Shown here: positions 17,750 through 27,920 of the stretch, piece by piece
How the letters are laid out: the number at the start of each line of letters is the position of its first letter
Position numbering within the stretch: position 1 is the stretch's first letter
Virus record (IMG/VR): IMGVR_UViG_3300025110_000013
Location: 1 to 61,889 of that record
Source of the DNA: a virus
Lineage: Duplodnaviria; Caudoviricetes
Direction: 5' to 3' (one strand)
DNA: 61,889 bases
Notes under the pieces: generated by a model
Told to the model about the DNA's origin: nothing
The model's database searches: none
What the model saw: only the letters and a program-made list of their open reading frames with translations
Position numbers and translations under genes: made by a program

Positions 17750-18436
17750 ATGGCTACCTCTGGTACAACCGCATTTAACCCCGACTTTACCGAAATAGCG
17801 GAAGAAGCGTGGGAACGTGCTGGGCGTGAAATGCGTTCAGGTTATGACTTACGAACCGCTCGTAGGTCTATGAATTTATTGACTATTGAATGGCAAAATA
17901 GAGGGATAAATTTATGGACTATAGAAGAAGGTTCAGTCACGTTAACTGAAGGTACGTCTGAATATGATCTACCTAATGATACGGTAGACTTGCTAGAGCA
18001 CACTATTCGTACAGACTCAGGAAATGCTACTACACAGCAAGATCTTACAATAAGCCGTATTAGTGTAAGCACTTATGCGTCTATCCCTAATAAGTTATCA
18101 GAAGGTAGGCCCATACAGGTTTATGTAGAACGCCTTCGTACAACTCCTAAGATTAATGTCTGGCCTGTACCCGATAAAAGTGGGTATGTGTTCTATTATT
18201 GGCGTATGCGACGGATAGAGGACGCAGGTAACGGTGTAGAAACCGCAGACATGAACTTTCGATTTTTACCTTGTTTGATGGCGGGATTGGCTTATTACAT
18301 TTCACAAAAAGATCCTGAGTTGATGCCGCGTGTCCCTATGTTAAAAGAAATTTATGAAGAACAGTTTGCATTGGCAGCAGGAGAAGATAGAGAAAAAACT
18401 TCTGCTAGATTTGTTCCTCGTATCGGGTATGTTTAG
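17750..18436 (+). CDS. Probable head-tail adaptor
   Basis: ARRSMNLL..EWQNRG and GRP..Y.ER...VWPVPD motifs typical of podovirus adaptors. Confidence 0.65.
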   Translation: MATSGTTAFNPDFTEIAEEAWERAGREMRSGYDLRTARRSMNLLTIEWQNRGINLWTIEEGSVTLTEGTSEYDLPNDTVDLLEHTIRTDSGNATTQQDLTISRISVSTYASIPNKLSEGRPIQVYVERLRTTPKINVWPVPDKSGYVFYYWRMRRIEDAGNGVETADMNFRFLPCLMAGLAYYISQKDPELMPRVPMLKEIYEEQFALAAGEDREKTSARFVPRIGYV

Positions 18437-18438
18437 TT

Positions 18439-18792
18439 ATGGCGAACCGTTTTGCATCAGCCCGAAAAGCATTAGGGATTTGTGATGTTTGCGGATTCCA
18501 ATACAAGTTAAGAGAACTTAAAGACTTAATTGAGAAGGGCAGAAATACACATATAAAAGCGTGTCCTGAATGTTGGAACCCAGACCAACCACAGTTAAAA
18601 CTAGGTGATTTTCCTGTTAATGATCCGCAAGCAATACGAGATCCACGTTCAGATAGTGCAGAACTAACAGAGAGTAGGGACACCCAATGGGGGTGGAACC
18701 CGGTGGGGGTAGGAAGAGACCCGTATGATTTAACGCCTAATGATTTAATAGGAACAGGTGAAGTAGGAACAGTAACTATAGTGACCTCATAG
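18439..18792 (+). CDS. Small Zn-ribbon protein
   Basis: CDVC...CPEC. Confidence 0.7.
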   Translation: MANRFASARKALGICDVCGFQYKLRELKDLIEKGRNTHIKACPECWNPDQPQLKLGDFPVNDPQAIRDPRSDSAELTESRDTQWGWNPVGVGRDPYDLTPNDLIGTGEVGTVTIVTS

Positions 18793-18801
18793 GAGCATAA
18801 G

Positions 18802-18969
18802 ATGAATGTATTTGGTATGGAAGAAGTTAAAGTCCACAAAAACAAAGGTGTGCAGCCTGTTAAAGGAGCACCTAAACCTGATATGAGCGGTGTAAAAACT
18901 TCTGGTATTAAGATGCGTGGTGCAGGTGCTGCGACTAAAGGCACGATGGTACGTGGTACGCTTGCATGA
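18802..18969 (+). CDS. Small basic protein (55 aa, not in ORF track)
   Basis: AGGAG SD; MNVFGMEE...KMRGAGAATKGTMVRGTLA; ATGA overlap with the next gene. Confidence 0.7.
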   Translation: MNVFGMEEVKVHKNKGVQPVKGAPKPDMSGVKTSGIKMRGAGAATKGTMVRGTLA

Positions 18970-19604
18970 GTATGACTTACGCCCAATTAACGGCGAATAT
19001 AGAGGATATCTGTGAGACTTCCTTTACAAGCGACCAGCTTGCTATGTTTACCCAACAGGCTGAACAGACTATTTATAATACTGTACAGCTTCCTTCGCTT
19101 CGTAAAAATGTGACAGGAGCGTTGACTTCGGGTGTTAAGTACTTATCAGTACCTACAGATTATCTCTATACATTTAGTTTAGCAGTGCTTGATTCGGATG
19201 GCGCGTTTACATACCTATTAAATAAAGATGTTAATTTTATACGAGAAGCGTACCCCAACCCTTCAACTACGGGAGCGCCGAAGCATTACGCTGTATTTGA
19301 TGATTCTTCTTTTATTCTAGGGCCAACCCCGAACAGTGGGTATACGATGGAGTTGCACTACGGGTACTATCCTGAATCCATTGTTACAGCAAGCACACTA
19401 CCTTGGTTAGGAGAGAACTTTGACTCCGCTCTATTAAATGGTGCTTTAGTAGAAGCAATCAGGTTTATGAAAGGCGAGCCAGATATAGTTCAGCTTTATA
19501 ACAATATGTATTTACAATCTATAGCCCTATTAAAGAATTTAGGAGATGGTAAATTACAACAAGATACGTATCGTTCAGGTCAGTTTAGTATGCCTGTAAC
19601 ATAA
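18966..19604 (+). CDS. Second adaptor / tail tubular-like protein
   Basis: GAPKHYA...LGPTPN motif; tail-module position. Confidence 0.6.
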   Translation: MSMTYAQLTANIEDICETSFTSDQLAMFTQQAEQTIYNTVQLPSLRKNVTGALTSGVKYLSVPTDYLYTFSLAVLDSDGAFTYLLNKDVNFIREAYPNPSTTGAPKHYAVFDDSSFILGPTPNSGYTMELHYGYYPESIVTASTLPWLGENFDSALLNGALVEAIRFMKGEPDIVQLYNNMYLQSIALLKNLGDGKLQQDTYRSGQFSMPVT

Positions 19605-19613
19605 AGAGGTATT

Positions 19614-19904
19614 ATGTTTAAGTTAGCAGTCGATTCAAGTATAGGGGATGTTGTTGTTAAAACGACTGAAAATAGAGGTTTGTCTCCTGAAGAACTAGCT
19701 GAACGGGCTGTTGAACAAATAGTCAGCGTTTCAGATTCGGTAGATCCTATAGTAAGGCAACAGGCAGAAGCATTTAAAAATCGCATTTATCATGTGGTTT
19801 TGGGTATTATTAAACAAGCGGTTAAGAGCGATAGAACAACGCTTGTTAACGAGTTTATTCAGCAGGGTCATTCAGATGTTGCTGATATTTTAAGGAGACT
19901 ATAA
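19614..19904 (+). CDS. Hypothetical protein
   Basis: GAGG SD; coupled to the next gene. Confidence 0.7.
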   Translation: MFKLAVDSSIGDVVVKTTENRGLSPEELAERAVEQIVSVSDSVDPIVRQQAEAFKNRIYHVVLGIIKQAVKSDRTTLVNEFIQQGHSDVADILRRL

Positions 19905-20380
19905 TGGCTATCACGACAGCTATGGCGACCTCGTTTAAATCCGAGCTTTTACAGGGAATTCATAATTTCCAGAACGGCTCTGGTGGAGGGACGACTACTA
20001 CTACGGGTACAGGCAATACCTTTAAGATTGCTTTGTATACTAGTAGTGCAACTATGTCAGCATCTACTACTGCTTATGCAACGACTAACGAGGTTTCTGC
20101 TACAGGCACAGGGTATACCGCTGGCGGCAATACACTTACTAATGTAACTCCAAGTTCATCAGGTACAACAGCATTAACCGATTTTGCCGACAGCACTTGG
20201 TCAAGCAGTTCAATCACGGCAAGGGGGGCGTTAATTTATAATTCCTCTACTACAGCCGGTTCTGCTAACAGGGCAGTAGCTATATTGGACTTTGGAGCGG
20301 ATAAGACATCCACAAGTGGTGACTTTACTATCCAGTTTCCAGCAGCAGACGCTAGTAACGCGATTATAAGAATCGCATAG
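19904..20380 (+). CDS. Tail-associated structural protein
   Basis: FKIALYT, GYTAGG and ARGALIYN motifs; T/S-rich. Confidence 0.65.
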   Translation: MAITTAMATSFKSELLQGIHNFQNGSGGGTTTTTGTGNTFKIALYTSSATMSASTTAYATTNEVSATGTGYTAGGNTLTNVTPSSSGTTALTDFADSTWSSSSITARGALIYNSSTTAGSANRAVAILDFGADKTSTSGDFTIQFPAADASNAIIRIA

Positions 20381-20390
20381 GATATAACGT

Positions 20391-21092
20391 GTGGCTGACA
20401 TTAAGGTTGCATTTAGCGGATGGAATTCGTCTTCTCATGGATGGGGTGACGGAACGTGGGGTAATGGTGAGGCAGTACCTGATGCGACAGGCACTCTTGG
20501 CACCGTCTCGATTAGCGCGGATGCGAATGTCAGCGTCACAGGAGTTGCAGGAACAGCGACCCTTGGATCGATTTCTATATCCGCTGATGCGAATGTTAGT
20601 CCTACTGGGGTATCAGGCACTGGTACTCTTGGTACGCTTACGGTCACGGGTACAGCAAATGTCACTCCCACAGGGGTGGCGGGTACAGGAACGCTTGGGT
20701 CAGTTTCAGTCTCGGCTGACGCAAATGTTTCACCCACGGGTGTTGCTGGTACAGGAGCTTTGGGATCGGTTACGGTTACGGGTACGGCGACAGTCTCTGT
20801 CACAGGCGTGGCAGGAACAACAGGGCTTGGAAGCGTCACCGCAATCACAAGCAACACAATCCCTGTTACAATGGACGCGCTTACAGGGTATATTGGAGCG
20901 GTTACGTTCGATGGAGATGCGAATGTCGTTCCAACAGGCGTTAGCGCGACAGGTGCAGTCGGTACGCCGAATATATGGAGTCTTATTGACGATGGACAAA
21001 CGCCCAATTGGGCCGCGATTAGTGATAGTCAGACACCGAATTGGTCAACTATTGATGACAGTCAAACACCGAATTGGGAAGAGGTAGCATAA
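20391..21092 (+). CDS. Tail-associated repeat protein (G/T/V-rich ~25-aa repeats)
   Basis: ADANVSPTGVAGTGTLG repeats; C-terminal QTPNW x3. Confidence 0.75.
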   Translation: MADIKVAFSGWNSSSHGWGDGTWGNGEAVPDATGTLGTVSISADANVSVTGVAGTATLGSISISADANVSPTGVSGTGTLGTLTVTGTANVTPTGVAGTGTLGSVSVSADANVSPTGVAGTGALGSVTVTGTATVSVTGVAGTTGLGSVTAITSNTIPVTMDALTGYIGAVTFDGDANVVPTGVSATGAVGTPNIWSLIDDGQTPNWAAISDSQTPNWSTIDDSQTPNWEEVA

Positions 21093-24000
21093 ATGGCAAC
21101 TTACGTTAATGATCTAAGATTGAAAGAAATCGCCACTGGCGACGAATCTGGAACTTGGGGAACAAGCACAAATACAAATTTGGAGCTAATCGCTGAAAAA
21201 TTCGGGGCGGCAAGCGAGGCTCTTTCGGACGCTAGTACTGCTACCATAACGATGGCGGATGGGACTAGTGATGCCTTTCGCTCAATGGCCCTTACCCTTA
21301 CAGGATCTCTCTCACAGGCTTGTACGGTCACGTTAGCTCCAAATACTCTTTCTAACGTATGGGTAGTTCAGAACTCCGCTGGCGATACAGTCACATTAAC
21401 CGCAGGAACAGGCGCAAATGTGGTCATACCAAATGGCGGTATCCGCATGGTCGCTAGTGATGGTGCTGGCGCTGGCGCAGCGGTCACAGATGTACTCGAC
21501 GTATTAGGCGGTACAGGCAACGTAGGGCTTGGTTCGGGTGCGTTTGGCACAGGGCTTACCACAGGTACAGATAACGTAGCGATAGGTGAAGCTGCGGGTG
21601 ATGCGTTGACTAGTGGTTCTGACAATACGTTTGTTGGTGACAATGCGGGTGGTGCGACAACTACGGGAGCGCAGAACACTGCGATGGGAGAAGGTTCTCT
21701 GTTAACTAACTCCACAGGAACTCACAACACAGCGTTGGGAAGATCGGCTTTATATAGCGCAACCACGGCTGATTATAATACAGCGGTGGGCAGTGGCGCG
21801 ATGTACGCTGCGACAACTGGGGCGCAAAATGTTGCGGTTGGCCGAAATGCGTTAAATGCTGTTACTACTGGTGCTTCTAACACCGCTGTTGGGTATGAAG
21901 CACTAGACTCGAACACCACCGCCTCAAACAGCACAGCGGTTGGACATGCGGCTTTAACGGCCAACACCACTGGAGCAGAAAACACGGCTATTGGCAAGAG
22001 TTCTCTTGCAGCTAATACCACAGGAACTCAAAATGTTGGGTTGGGCAGTTCTACTTTAGATGCAAACACAACAGGCAACTACAATGTAGCATTAGGAACT
22101 AGTGCTCTGGGAGCTAACACCACCGCTTCAAACAACACAGCGGTTGGACATAATGCTCTTACGGCTAACACCACTGGGACATCTAACACTGCTGTTGGGT
22201 ATGTAGCACTTACGTCAGCCACTACCGCAGACAATAACACAGCGGTGGGCTATGGTGCAGGAGATGCTTTGACAACTGGTGGAGACAACACGGCTGTAGG
22301 TACTGTTGCTTTAAGTGCAGCTACTACGGGAACTCTTAACGTGGCAGTGGGATCAAGCGCATTAGTTTCTCTCACAACCGCAGATATGAACACGGCGGTA
22401 GGATTTAACGCAGGTGGTTCAATAACGACAGGTGAACAAAACACAATTATGGGCCACAGGGCTGGAGATGCTCTGACCACTGGTACTTATAACACTGCAT
22501 TAGGTGACTATGCGTTAAGTGCAGCCACTACTTCAACCGCTAACGTAGCTGTTGGTAAAGATGCGTTGTTACGGGTCACTACTGGAAATGGTGCTAACGT
22601 AGCAGTGGGCTACCTTGCTGGAGATCATTTAACAACAGGTGAAACTAATGTATTAGTTGGAGCTAACTCTGGTGACGCATTAACCACGGGCGGCAACAAT
22701 ATAGCAATCGGTTATGGTGCGTTAGATGCTCAAACTACTGTAAGTGGTAACACAGCGGTGGGTCATGAGGCATTAAGTGGAAACACCACTGCTGATGCAA
22801 ACGTCGCAGTTGGTTATCGTGCTGGAAAAGCAATTACAACTGGTTCAAACAACACTGGAGTGGGTTATAGAGCATTAGAAGACACAACTACAGGTATTGG
22901 GAATACAGCAGTAGGACTTGATGCTTTATCGAATAACACCACAGGAGATAGCAACACCGCTCTGGGTGCGTCTGCTTTTAGGGATCTAACTGGAGGTGGA
23001 GCAAATGTATCGATTGGTGCATCAGCAGGTTTAAGTACAACAACAGGTAATTATAATGTGTTTATGGGGTATGAAGCTGGCGAGGCTAATACCACAGGAG
23101 CAAACAATGTAGCGGTTGGATTTAGAGCATTAGAAACTACCACGACCGCCACTGAAAGCACAGCTCTTGGTATGTATGCGTTAAATAACTCTCAGGTTGG
23201 AGGTAATACGGCGGTTGGGTATTCAGCGGCGGGGGCTAACACTACTGCTACTGGCCAAACTGCTGTTGGATATAGGGCGCAAGAAGATGCTACTACTGGG
23301 GGTAACAATACCTCGGTGGGGCATTATGCAGGTCACTCAATAACGACTGCCTCCCAGTGTACGTTTGTAGGTTCTGTAGCGGGGAATTCAACAGCAGCAA
23401 CCACAGGTATTTATAACACTGGAGTTGGTTACGGCGCGTTAAATCCTGTTAGTACAGGGCAATATAACGCAGCTTTTGGTGGGTTGGCTTGTCAAAGTAT
23501 AAGTACAGGTAGCTATAACACTGGGCTTGGTGGGTATATACCGGGGGGTGGTATAACAACTGGAGATGGTAACACGATTATTGGTTACGCGGCAGCATAC
23601 AACGGTGTAACACTTGTTACAGGTTCTTATAATATTTGTATTGGAATGAACGCGCATACAAGTGCAAATAATTCCGATGCAGAAATGGTTATGGGTTACA
23701 ACGTGACTGGTGTTGGGAATAGCAACTTTACATTTGGTTATAATACTACAGACAGTAATATTCAATTTGGTGCAACAACTATCACTGCTCCTTCTGATGA
23801 GCGACTTAAAGAAGACATTCAAAATGAAAAAGTAGGTCTTCAATTTATTAATGAACTAAGACCTGTCACCTATCTTTGGAGAAAAGCTAAAGATGTGCCT
23901 TCAGAAATGAAAGCGCACGATCCTGATTCTGAAGAACGAGTAATGAACGGTAAGTATAACCACGGATTTATTGCTCAAGAAGTCAAAGAAGTGATTGATC

Positions 24001-24167
24001 GGTATGACTTGAAAGATGGTTTTGATATGTGGATGGAAGACGGTGAGGATGGAAGGCAGAGAATTGGAGAAGCGGCTTTAATGCCAATAATGGTTAAAGC
24101 AGTTCAAGAGCTTTCTTCTAAAGTAGACGATTTGGCTGAAAAACTTAATAACTGCAATTGTGAATAG
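21093..24167 (+). CDS. Tail fibre/spike with ~14-aa NTAVG repeats and a C-terminal intramolecular chaperone (peptidase S74)
   Basis: Dozens of TTGxxNTAVGxxAL repeats; SDERLKEDI cleavage motif; GFIAQEV; terminal coiled coil. Confidence 0.9.
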   Translation: MATYVNDLRLKEIATGDESGTWGTSTNTNLELIAEKFGAASEALSDASTATITMADGTSDAFRSMALTLTGSLSQACTVTLAPNTLSNVWVVQNSAGDTVTLTAGTGANVVIPNGGIRMVASDGAGAGAAVTDVLDVLGGTGNVGLGSGAFGTGLTTGTDNVAIGEAAGDALTSGSDNTFVGDNAGGATTTGAQNTAMGEGSLLTNSTGTHNTALGRSALYSATTADYNTAVGSGAMYAATTGAQNVAVGRNALNAVTTGASNTAVGYEALDSNTTASNSTAVGHAALTANTTGAENTAIGKSSLAANTTGTQNVGLGSSTLDANTTGNYNVALGTSALGANTTASNNTAVGHNALTANTTGTSNTAVGYVALTSATTADNNTAVGYGAGDALTTGGDNTAVGTVALSAATTGTLNVAVGSSALVSLTTADMNTAVGFNAGGSITTGEQNTIMGHRAGDALTTGTYNTALGDYALSAATTSTANVAVGKDALLRVTTGNGANVAVGYLAGDHLTTGETNVLVGANSGDALTTGGNNIAIGYGALDAQTTVSGNTAVGHEALSGNTTADANVAVGYRAGKAITTGSNNTGVGYRALEDTTTGIGNTAVGLDALSNNTTGDSNTALGASAFRDLTGGGANVSIGASAGLSTTTGNYNVFMGYEAGEANTTGANNVAVGFRALETTTTATESTALGMYALNNSQVGGNTAVGYSAAGANTTATGQTAVGYRAQEDATTGGNNTSVGHYAGHSITTASQCTFVGSVAGNSTAATTGIYNTGVGYGALNPVSTGQYNAAFGGLACQSISTGSYNTGLGGYIPGGGITTGDGNTIIGYAAAYNGVTLVTGSYNICIGMNAHTSANNSDAEMVMGYNVTGVGNSNFTFGYNTTDSNIQFGATTITAPSDERLKEDIQNEKVGLQFINELRPVTYLWRKAKDVPSEMKAHDPDSEERVMNGKYNHGFIAQEVKEVIDRYDLKDGFDMWMEDGEDGRQRIGEAALMPIMVKAVQELSSKVDDLAEKLNNCNCE

Positions 24168-24179
24168 GAGACAAGAGCA

Positions 24180-24521
24180 ATGGCAATAAAGAAAACATTA
24201 ATACGAGCGGTTCCATCTAATGAAGACGGTAAGGTAGTTATCTGGAGTCTTACAATGAAGTACGAGCAGGGTACGGAAGGGAAAGATGATTATTATTCAA
24301 ATGAAAAAGTTGCTACTGTTCATGCGACAGAAACAAACCCAGATGAATCAACTACGACTAACTTTACAGCCAAAGCTGAAGGTGATTGGACTAAGAAAGA
24401 GCTTGAAGATCTTTGCCCAACGGCTACATGGGATGTGATATTTGCAAGTCAATATGATTCAATAATTACGAATCCCGCTAAAGAAGCTGTTTCTAATAAT
24501 GAGTTTGTGTTGCCCAGCTAA
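24180..24521 (+). CDS. Hypothetical protein, possibly a tail-fibre accessory
   Basis: AGGAG SD; directly after the fibre gene. Confidence 0.6.
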   Translation: MAIKKTLIRAVPSNEDGKVVIWSLTMKYEQGTEGKDDYYSNEKVATVHATETNPDESTTTNFTAKAEGDWTKKELEDLCPTATWDVIFASQYDSIITNPAKEAVSNNEFVLPS

Positions 24522-25225
24522 TGGAGCCGCAACCTTATCAATTTCATACGTTGCCAGCGGTATTTATGCTAGAAGCACAACTATCGGAAAGCATGGTAGG
24601 AACTCTTAACGACTACCTCGATAAGCTGATGGTAGATGAGGGCCGAATAGATCATTCGGGTACGCTCGTAGGACAGATAGGGCATGGTCAACAACTTACA
24701 ATGGATCATCTTTGTGAAGAGTTAAGTGATTTTAACATTCTAATCCAAGGGTTAGCGATGGATTACATTAAGCAGTTTTGCGCTGCGTCTGGTAATCCAT
24801 TAACAGGTAAAAGGGAGGTACTGACTGATGAGCTTTGGTCGGTACACAGCTACGAGCGAGACTACAACCCAATACACGATCATGGCACTAAAACCATTAT
24901 GGGTGTCTCTTGCACCACATGGACAAAAGTACCGCAACAAATCCTAGAGTTACCTACGGCGGGAAGCCCAGAGTACAGCTTATATAACTCTTCTGGTAAT
25001 GCAGATGGTTGTCTGGCCTTTAGCTATGGCCGTAATAGTTTATTAGATACAGAGCGGTTAGCGCCCCCGCAGAGCTTTATTATCAAGCCAGAAGTAGGAA
25101 AGCTATTGATGTTTCCTAGTTGGCTAACACACATGGTTTACCCTTTCGAGGGTGACGGAGAACGGCGCACGGTCGCTGCAAATTTAAATGTATGGAAGGT
25201 GGAAGAAGATGGAACAAGGCACTAA
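24521..25225 (+). CDS. 2OG-Fe(II) oxygenase superfamily protein
   Basis: HxH (HDH), FPSWLTHMVYP and RRTVAAN fit the DSBH iron/2OG motifs. Confidence 0.8.
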   Translation: MEPQPYQFHTLPAVFMLEAQLSESMVGTLNDYLDKLMVDEGRIDHSGTLVGQIGHGQQLTMDHLCEELSDFNILIQGLAMDYIKQFCAASGNPLTGKREVLTDELWSVHSYERDYNPIHDHGTKTIMGVSCTTWTKVPQQILELPTAGSPEYSLYNSSGNADGCLAFSYGRNSLLDTERLAPPQSFIIKPEVGKLLMFPSWLTHMVYPFEGDGERRTVAANLNVWKVEEDGTRH

Positions 25226-25454
25226 GGAAGACACAGTTACGGTTACGGCTCCAGAAGAAGTTATTGAAGAGTCTGAGGTTGTTGAGCTTCCTCCGAATAT
25301 CGAACAGATTAATGCTCGACTAAACGATCTAAGAGAAGAGGTTGCTCAGATTAGCCAAGTAATCACTTCTAACCAACGTGAATTAGATACTCGTATGGCG
25401 GCATTTAACTGGTATTCGCAGCAACTAGAAGCGGCTACTGCGGAGCAACAGTAA
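25209..25454 (+). CDS. Coiled-coil hypothetical protein
   Basis: Probable ATG at 25209. Confidence 0.6.
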   Translation: MEQGTKEDTVTVTAPEEVIEESEVVELPPNIEQINARLNDLREEVAQISQVITSNQRELDTRMAAFNWYSQQLEAATAEQQ

Positions 25455-25660
25455 TGGGCTTTATAGCTGATATCTTAATCTATGCGAGCCTCTTTGTAAC
25501 AGTGAGCAGTGCAATCTGTGCAGCTACTCCTACCCCTAAAGATAACGAGTTTATGGGCAAGTATATATACCCTATTCTTGAAACTATTGCTCTGAATATT
25601 GGTAAGGCTAAACAGGGTTCAACTGTTAATCCCATTCAGTTTACTAAAAAGACAGACTGA
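25454..25660 (+). CDS. Small membrane protein, holin candidate
   Basis: N-terminal TM helix followed by TPTPKDN; lysis region. Confidence 0.55.
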   Translation: MGFIADILIYASLFVTVSSAICAATPTPKDNEFMGKYIYPILETIALNIGKAKQGSTVNPIQFTKKTD

Positions 25661-25887
25661 TGGCCGCTAAAAAAGCTTCTGCAAAACCCAAATCAAAGGC
25701 GACTACTTCTAAGTCACAAGAAGCTTTATCGGAAATTAAAACCCATCAAAGGGAATGCGCTATAAGGTATGAGTATATTGAGAAGCGTCTTGACGAAGGT
25801 TCAGAAAAGTTCAAGCGTTTAGAGATGCTTATATGGGGAGTATACCCATTTATAGCTGCTAGTATTTTTGCCACCAAATTCCTATGA
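25660..25887 (+). CDS. Coiled-coil + C-terminal TM protein (XhlA-like)
   Basis: HQRECAIRY...RLEMLIWG followed by a TM segment. Confidence 0.6.
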   Translation: MAAKKASAKPKSKATTSKSQEALSEIKTHQRECAIRYEYIEKRLDEGSEKFKRLEMLIWGVYPFIAASIFATKFL

Positions 25888-25890
25888 CCG

Positions 25891-26118
25891 ATGAAAGGCG
25901 CAATTCTAGCATTTATGCTAATAACAGTCGTAGAGGGCAATGTTGTTGATGGTGCAGAGAGTATGTTGTTTAAAGACATTCATCGTTGCCAGCAGTTTGC
26001 TTACTGGATAGAACATAATTGCAGAGATGCTCTTTGCAGGGGCGGGATTAAACAGCAAAAAATAACAGCTTACTGTAAGCCGGTAATGGCTGGAGCTAAC
26101 CAAAAGTTTTGGGATTAA
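25891..26118 (+). CDS. Small Cys-containing secreted/membrane protein
   Basis: Hydrophobic N-terminus; 4 Cys. Confidence 0.6.
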   Translation: MKGAILAFMLITVVEGNVVDGAESMLFKDIHRCQQFAYWIEHNCRDALCRGGIKQQKITAYCKPVMAGANQKFWD

Positions 26119-26120
26119 GC

Positions 26121-26441
26121 ATGACTAAAAAGCTACAACAAGATTCGGTATGGGCTAAATACGATATAGATAATGATGGAACCGTTAGTGATGAAGAGCT
26201 AGAACGGGCCACTCAAATGATCGAATTAGACCTTAGAGAGGAAAAGCAAGACTCCCAGAGGCGTATAGCATGGGTAGCGATGGCTTCTATGGTCGCGTAT
26301 TCGTTACTTCCTTTAATGCCGTTTGTCCCAGAGGATAGGCTTTCGACCCTTTCGTCATTAAGCGATATGTTATTTCTTAGCCAAGCTTCAATTATAGGTC
26401 TTTATTTCGGTGCTACGGCTTATATGTCTCGCAAACCCTAA
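26121..26441 (+). CDS. EF-hand-like loop + 2 TM membrane protein (holin-like)
   Basis: DIDNDGTVSDEE loop; two hydrophobic helices; GLYFG. Confidence 0.6.
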   Translation: MTKKLQQDSVWAKYDIDNDGTVSDEELERATQMIELDLREEKQDSQRRIAWVAMASMVAYSLLPLMPFVPEDRLSTLSSLSDMLFLSQASIIGLYFGATAYMSRKP

Positions 26442-26454
26442 CTGAAGGTGAGCC

Positions 26455-26919
26455 ATGATCATCGAAAGCGTAGCTGCGGCTGCGGCAATTTTAAACCAGA
26501 TTGGCAAGTTAATAGAGTCTGCTAGTGAAGCTCAAGGCGGGGCGCAACGAGTCATGTCTGCGATCCTTGATTTTGGTCAGGGCTTGGATGATCTTGAGAG
26601 AAACGAAAGAGAAAAGTTTGTTAATGTCAGCCATAGTGATCTGCTCAAAATTTCTATGATGCGTCGGCAACAGGAAAGGTACGAGAAGGATCTTGAGAAT
26701 ATGCTCATAGTGGTCGATCCAGCCCTTCACACAACCTATGTGAAAGCCAAGGCGGATCAAGCTGCAAAACGCAAACGGCACATGGAAATGCTGGCCCAGC
26801 AGAAAAAACAACGGGCAGAGCTAGTCCAACGCATTATATTGATAACAGTGATTGTAATTACCGGTTTAGTCGCTGCTGGAATTGTAGTTGGCCTAGCTAT
26901 ATTAATGTTTAAAGCGTAG
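26455..26919 (+). CDS. Membrane-anchored coiled-coil protein
   Basis: Strong C-terminal TM segment. Confidence 0.65.
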   Translation: MIIESVAAAAAILNQIGKLIESASEAQGGAQRVMSAILDFGQGLDDLERNEREKFVNVSHSDLLKISMMRRQQERYEKDLENMLIVVDPALHTTYVKAKADQAAKRKRHMEMLAQQKKQRAELVQRIILITVIVITGLVAAGIVVGLAILMFKA

Positions 26920-26927
26920 GAGAAGTT

Positions 26928-27134
26928 ATGGACGTAGGAGCAACAAATCCTGCCAACCAGATAGCTTGGAGGCAGGTAGCAGAACAGAAGTACCAGAGGT
27001 TAATGGATGATCTTCAGGTTGAAGAACGCAAACAGAAAGTAGAGCAGTTAAACACTACACTGTATGTGGCTAAAAATAATAAGATACAACTTCAATCGGG
27101 GAAATCCCCGACAAACATTAATTTTTTGGTGTAA
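26928..27134 (+). CDS. Hypothetical protein
   Basis: AGGAG SD; 68 aa. Confidence 0.6.
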   Translation: MDVGATNPANQIAWRQVAEQKYQRLMDDLQVEERKQKVEQLNTTLYVAKNNKIQLQSGKSPTNINFLV

Positions 27135-27136
27135 GT

Positions 27137-27577
27137 ATGGGATTTAAGTTAAGTGCAGGACTAGGGTTGGCTTTAGTTATTCTGGCAGGATCTTTCAAAA
27201 TGTACTATGACAAGACTCAAGCAGAGATTGAAGCGTTTCATTTGCAGTTGGAGCAATCGATTCAGAACCAAAAGACCTTAGAGAGTACTATTGAGCAACA
27301 GAATGAGAACTTAAAGCAAGCTGTTGAAAACCAAGAGATGATGATTAGTCAGGTTGAAAGGCTTACAAAAGAGAACATGGTGGCGCAGAACGAGGTCACT
27401 GATATCAGAAAAAAGTTCTCACGGCATTCTATGGATGTGTTGTCCATCAGAAAGCCCAAACTAATAGAAAATATTATCAATCGGGGTACGAAGTCAGTAC
27501 TCAATGATCTTAAAGACATAACCGATGAAACACAATTTGATAAAAATACTGACATTCCTGATACTCCTGCTAGTTAG
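27137..27577 (+). CDS. Probable i-spanin (Rz-like)
   Basis: N-terminal TM plus long coiled coil; overlaps a lipoprotein gene. Confidence 0.65.
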   Translation: MGFKLSAGLGLALVILAGSFKMYYDKTQAEIEAFHLQLEQSIQNQKTLESTIEQQNENLKQAVENQEMMISQVERLTKENMVAQNEVTDIRKKFSRHSMDVLSIRKPKLIENIINRGTKSVLNDLKDITDETQFDKNTDIPDTPAS

Positions 27578-27920
27578 CGGATGTTCTATACTTGGTTCAA
27601 AACGGGATATTCCTGAAGTTAAGCCTGTGGAAGTGGTTACGATAGTTAAAAAAGCACCTACGTATCACCCTCCTCTTCCTAATCAAATTGACCCCGTTCC
27701 TGTTGAATGGACGGTGTTGAACGCAGAACTTATGCAAGAGTATCTGGATGACCTAAACGAGGGGAACGCACCAACAAACGTGTGGTATGCTTTAACCACC
27801 AAGGGATACGAGAATCTTTCTACCAATATGGCAGAAGTAAAAAGATATTTAAGGCAAACACTTAATATTTTAAAATACTATCGAGAATTGGATAAAGAGG
27901 AGCCTGAAGCTAATGAGTGA
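27525..27920 (+). CDS. Probable o-spanin (Rz1-like lipoprotein)
   Basis: Signal peptide with lipobox LVSGC; Pro-rich; implies a Gram-negative host. Confidence 0.7.
   Translation: MKHNLIKILTFLILLLVSGCSILGSKRDIPEVKPVEVVTIVKKAPTYHPPLPNQIDPVPVEWTVLNAELMQEYLDDLNEGNAPTNVWYALTTKGYENLSTNMAEVKRYLRQTLNILKYYRELDKEEPEANE

Noticed and set aside
20389-21087. 232-aa alternative-frame ORF (and antisense 20435..21007) as overprinted genes
   Set aside because: The repetitive G/T/V codon usage of 20391..21092 explains the lack of stops; that frame has the coherent repeat protein and abuts the fibre gene.
21500-23700. Diversity-generating retroelement in the tail fibre repeats
   Set aside because: No reverse transcriptase in the genome, and no TR/VR pair with adenine-specific differences was seen.
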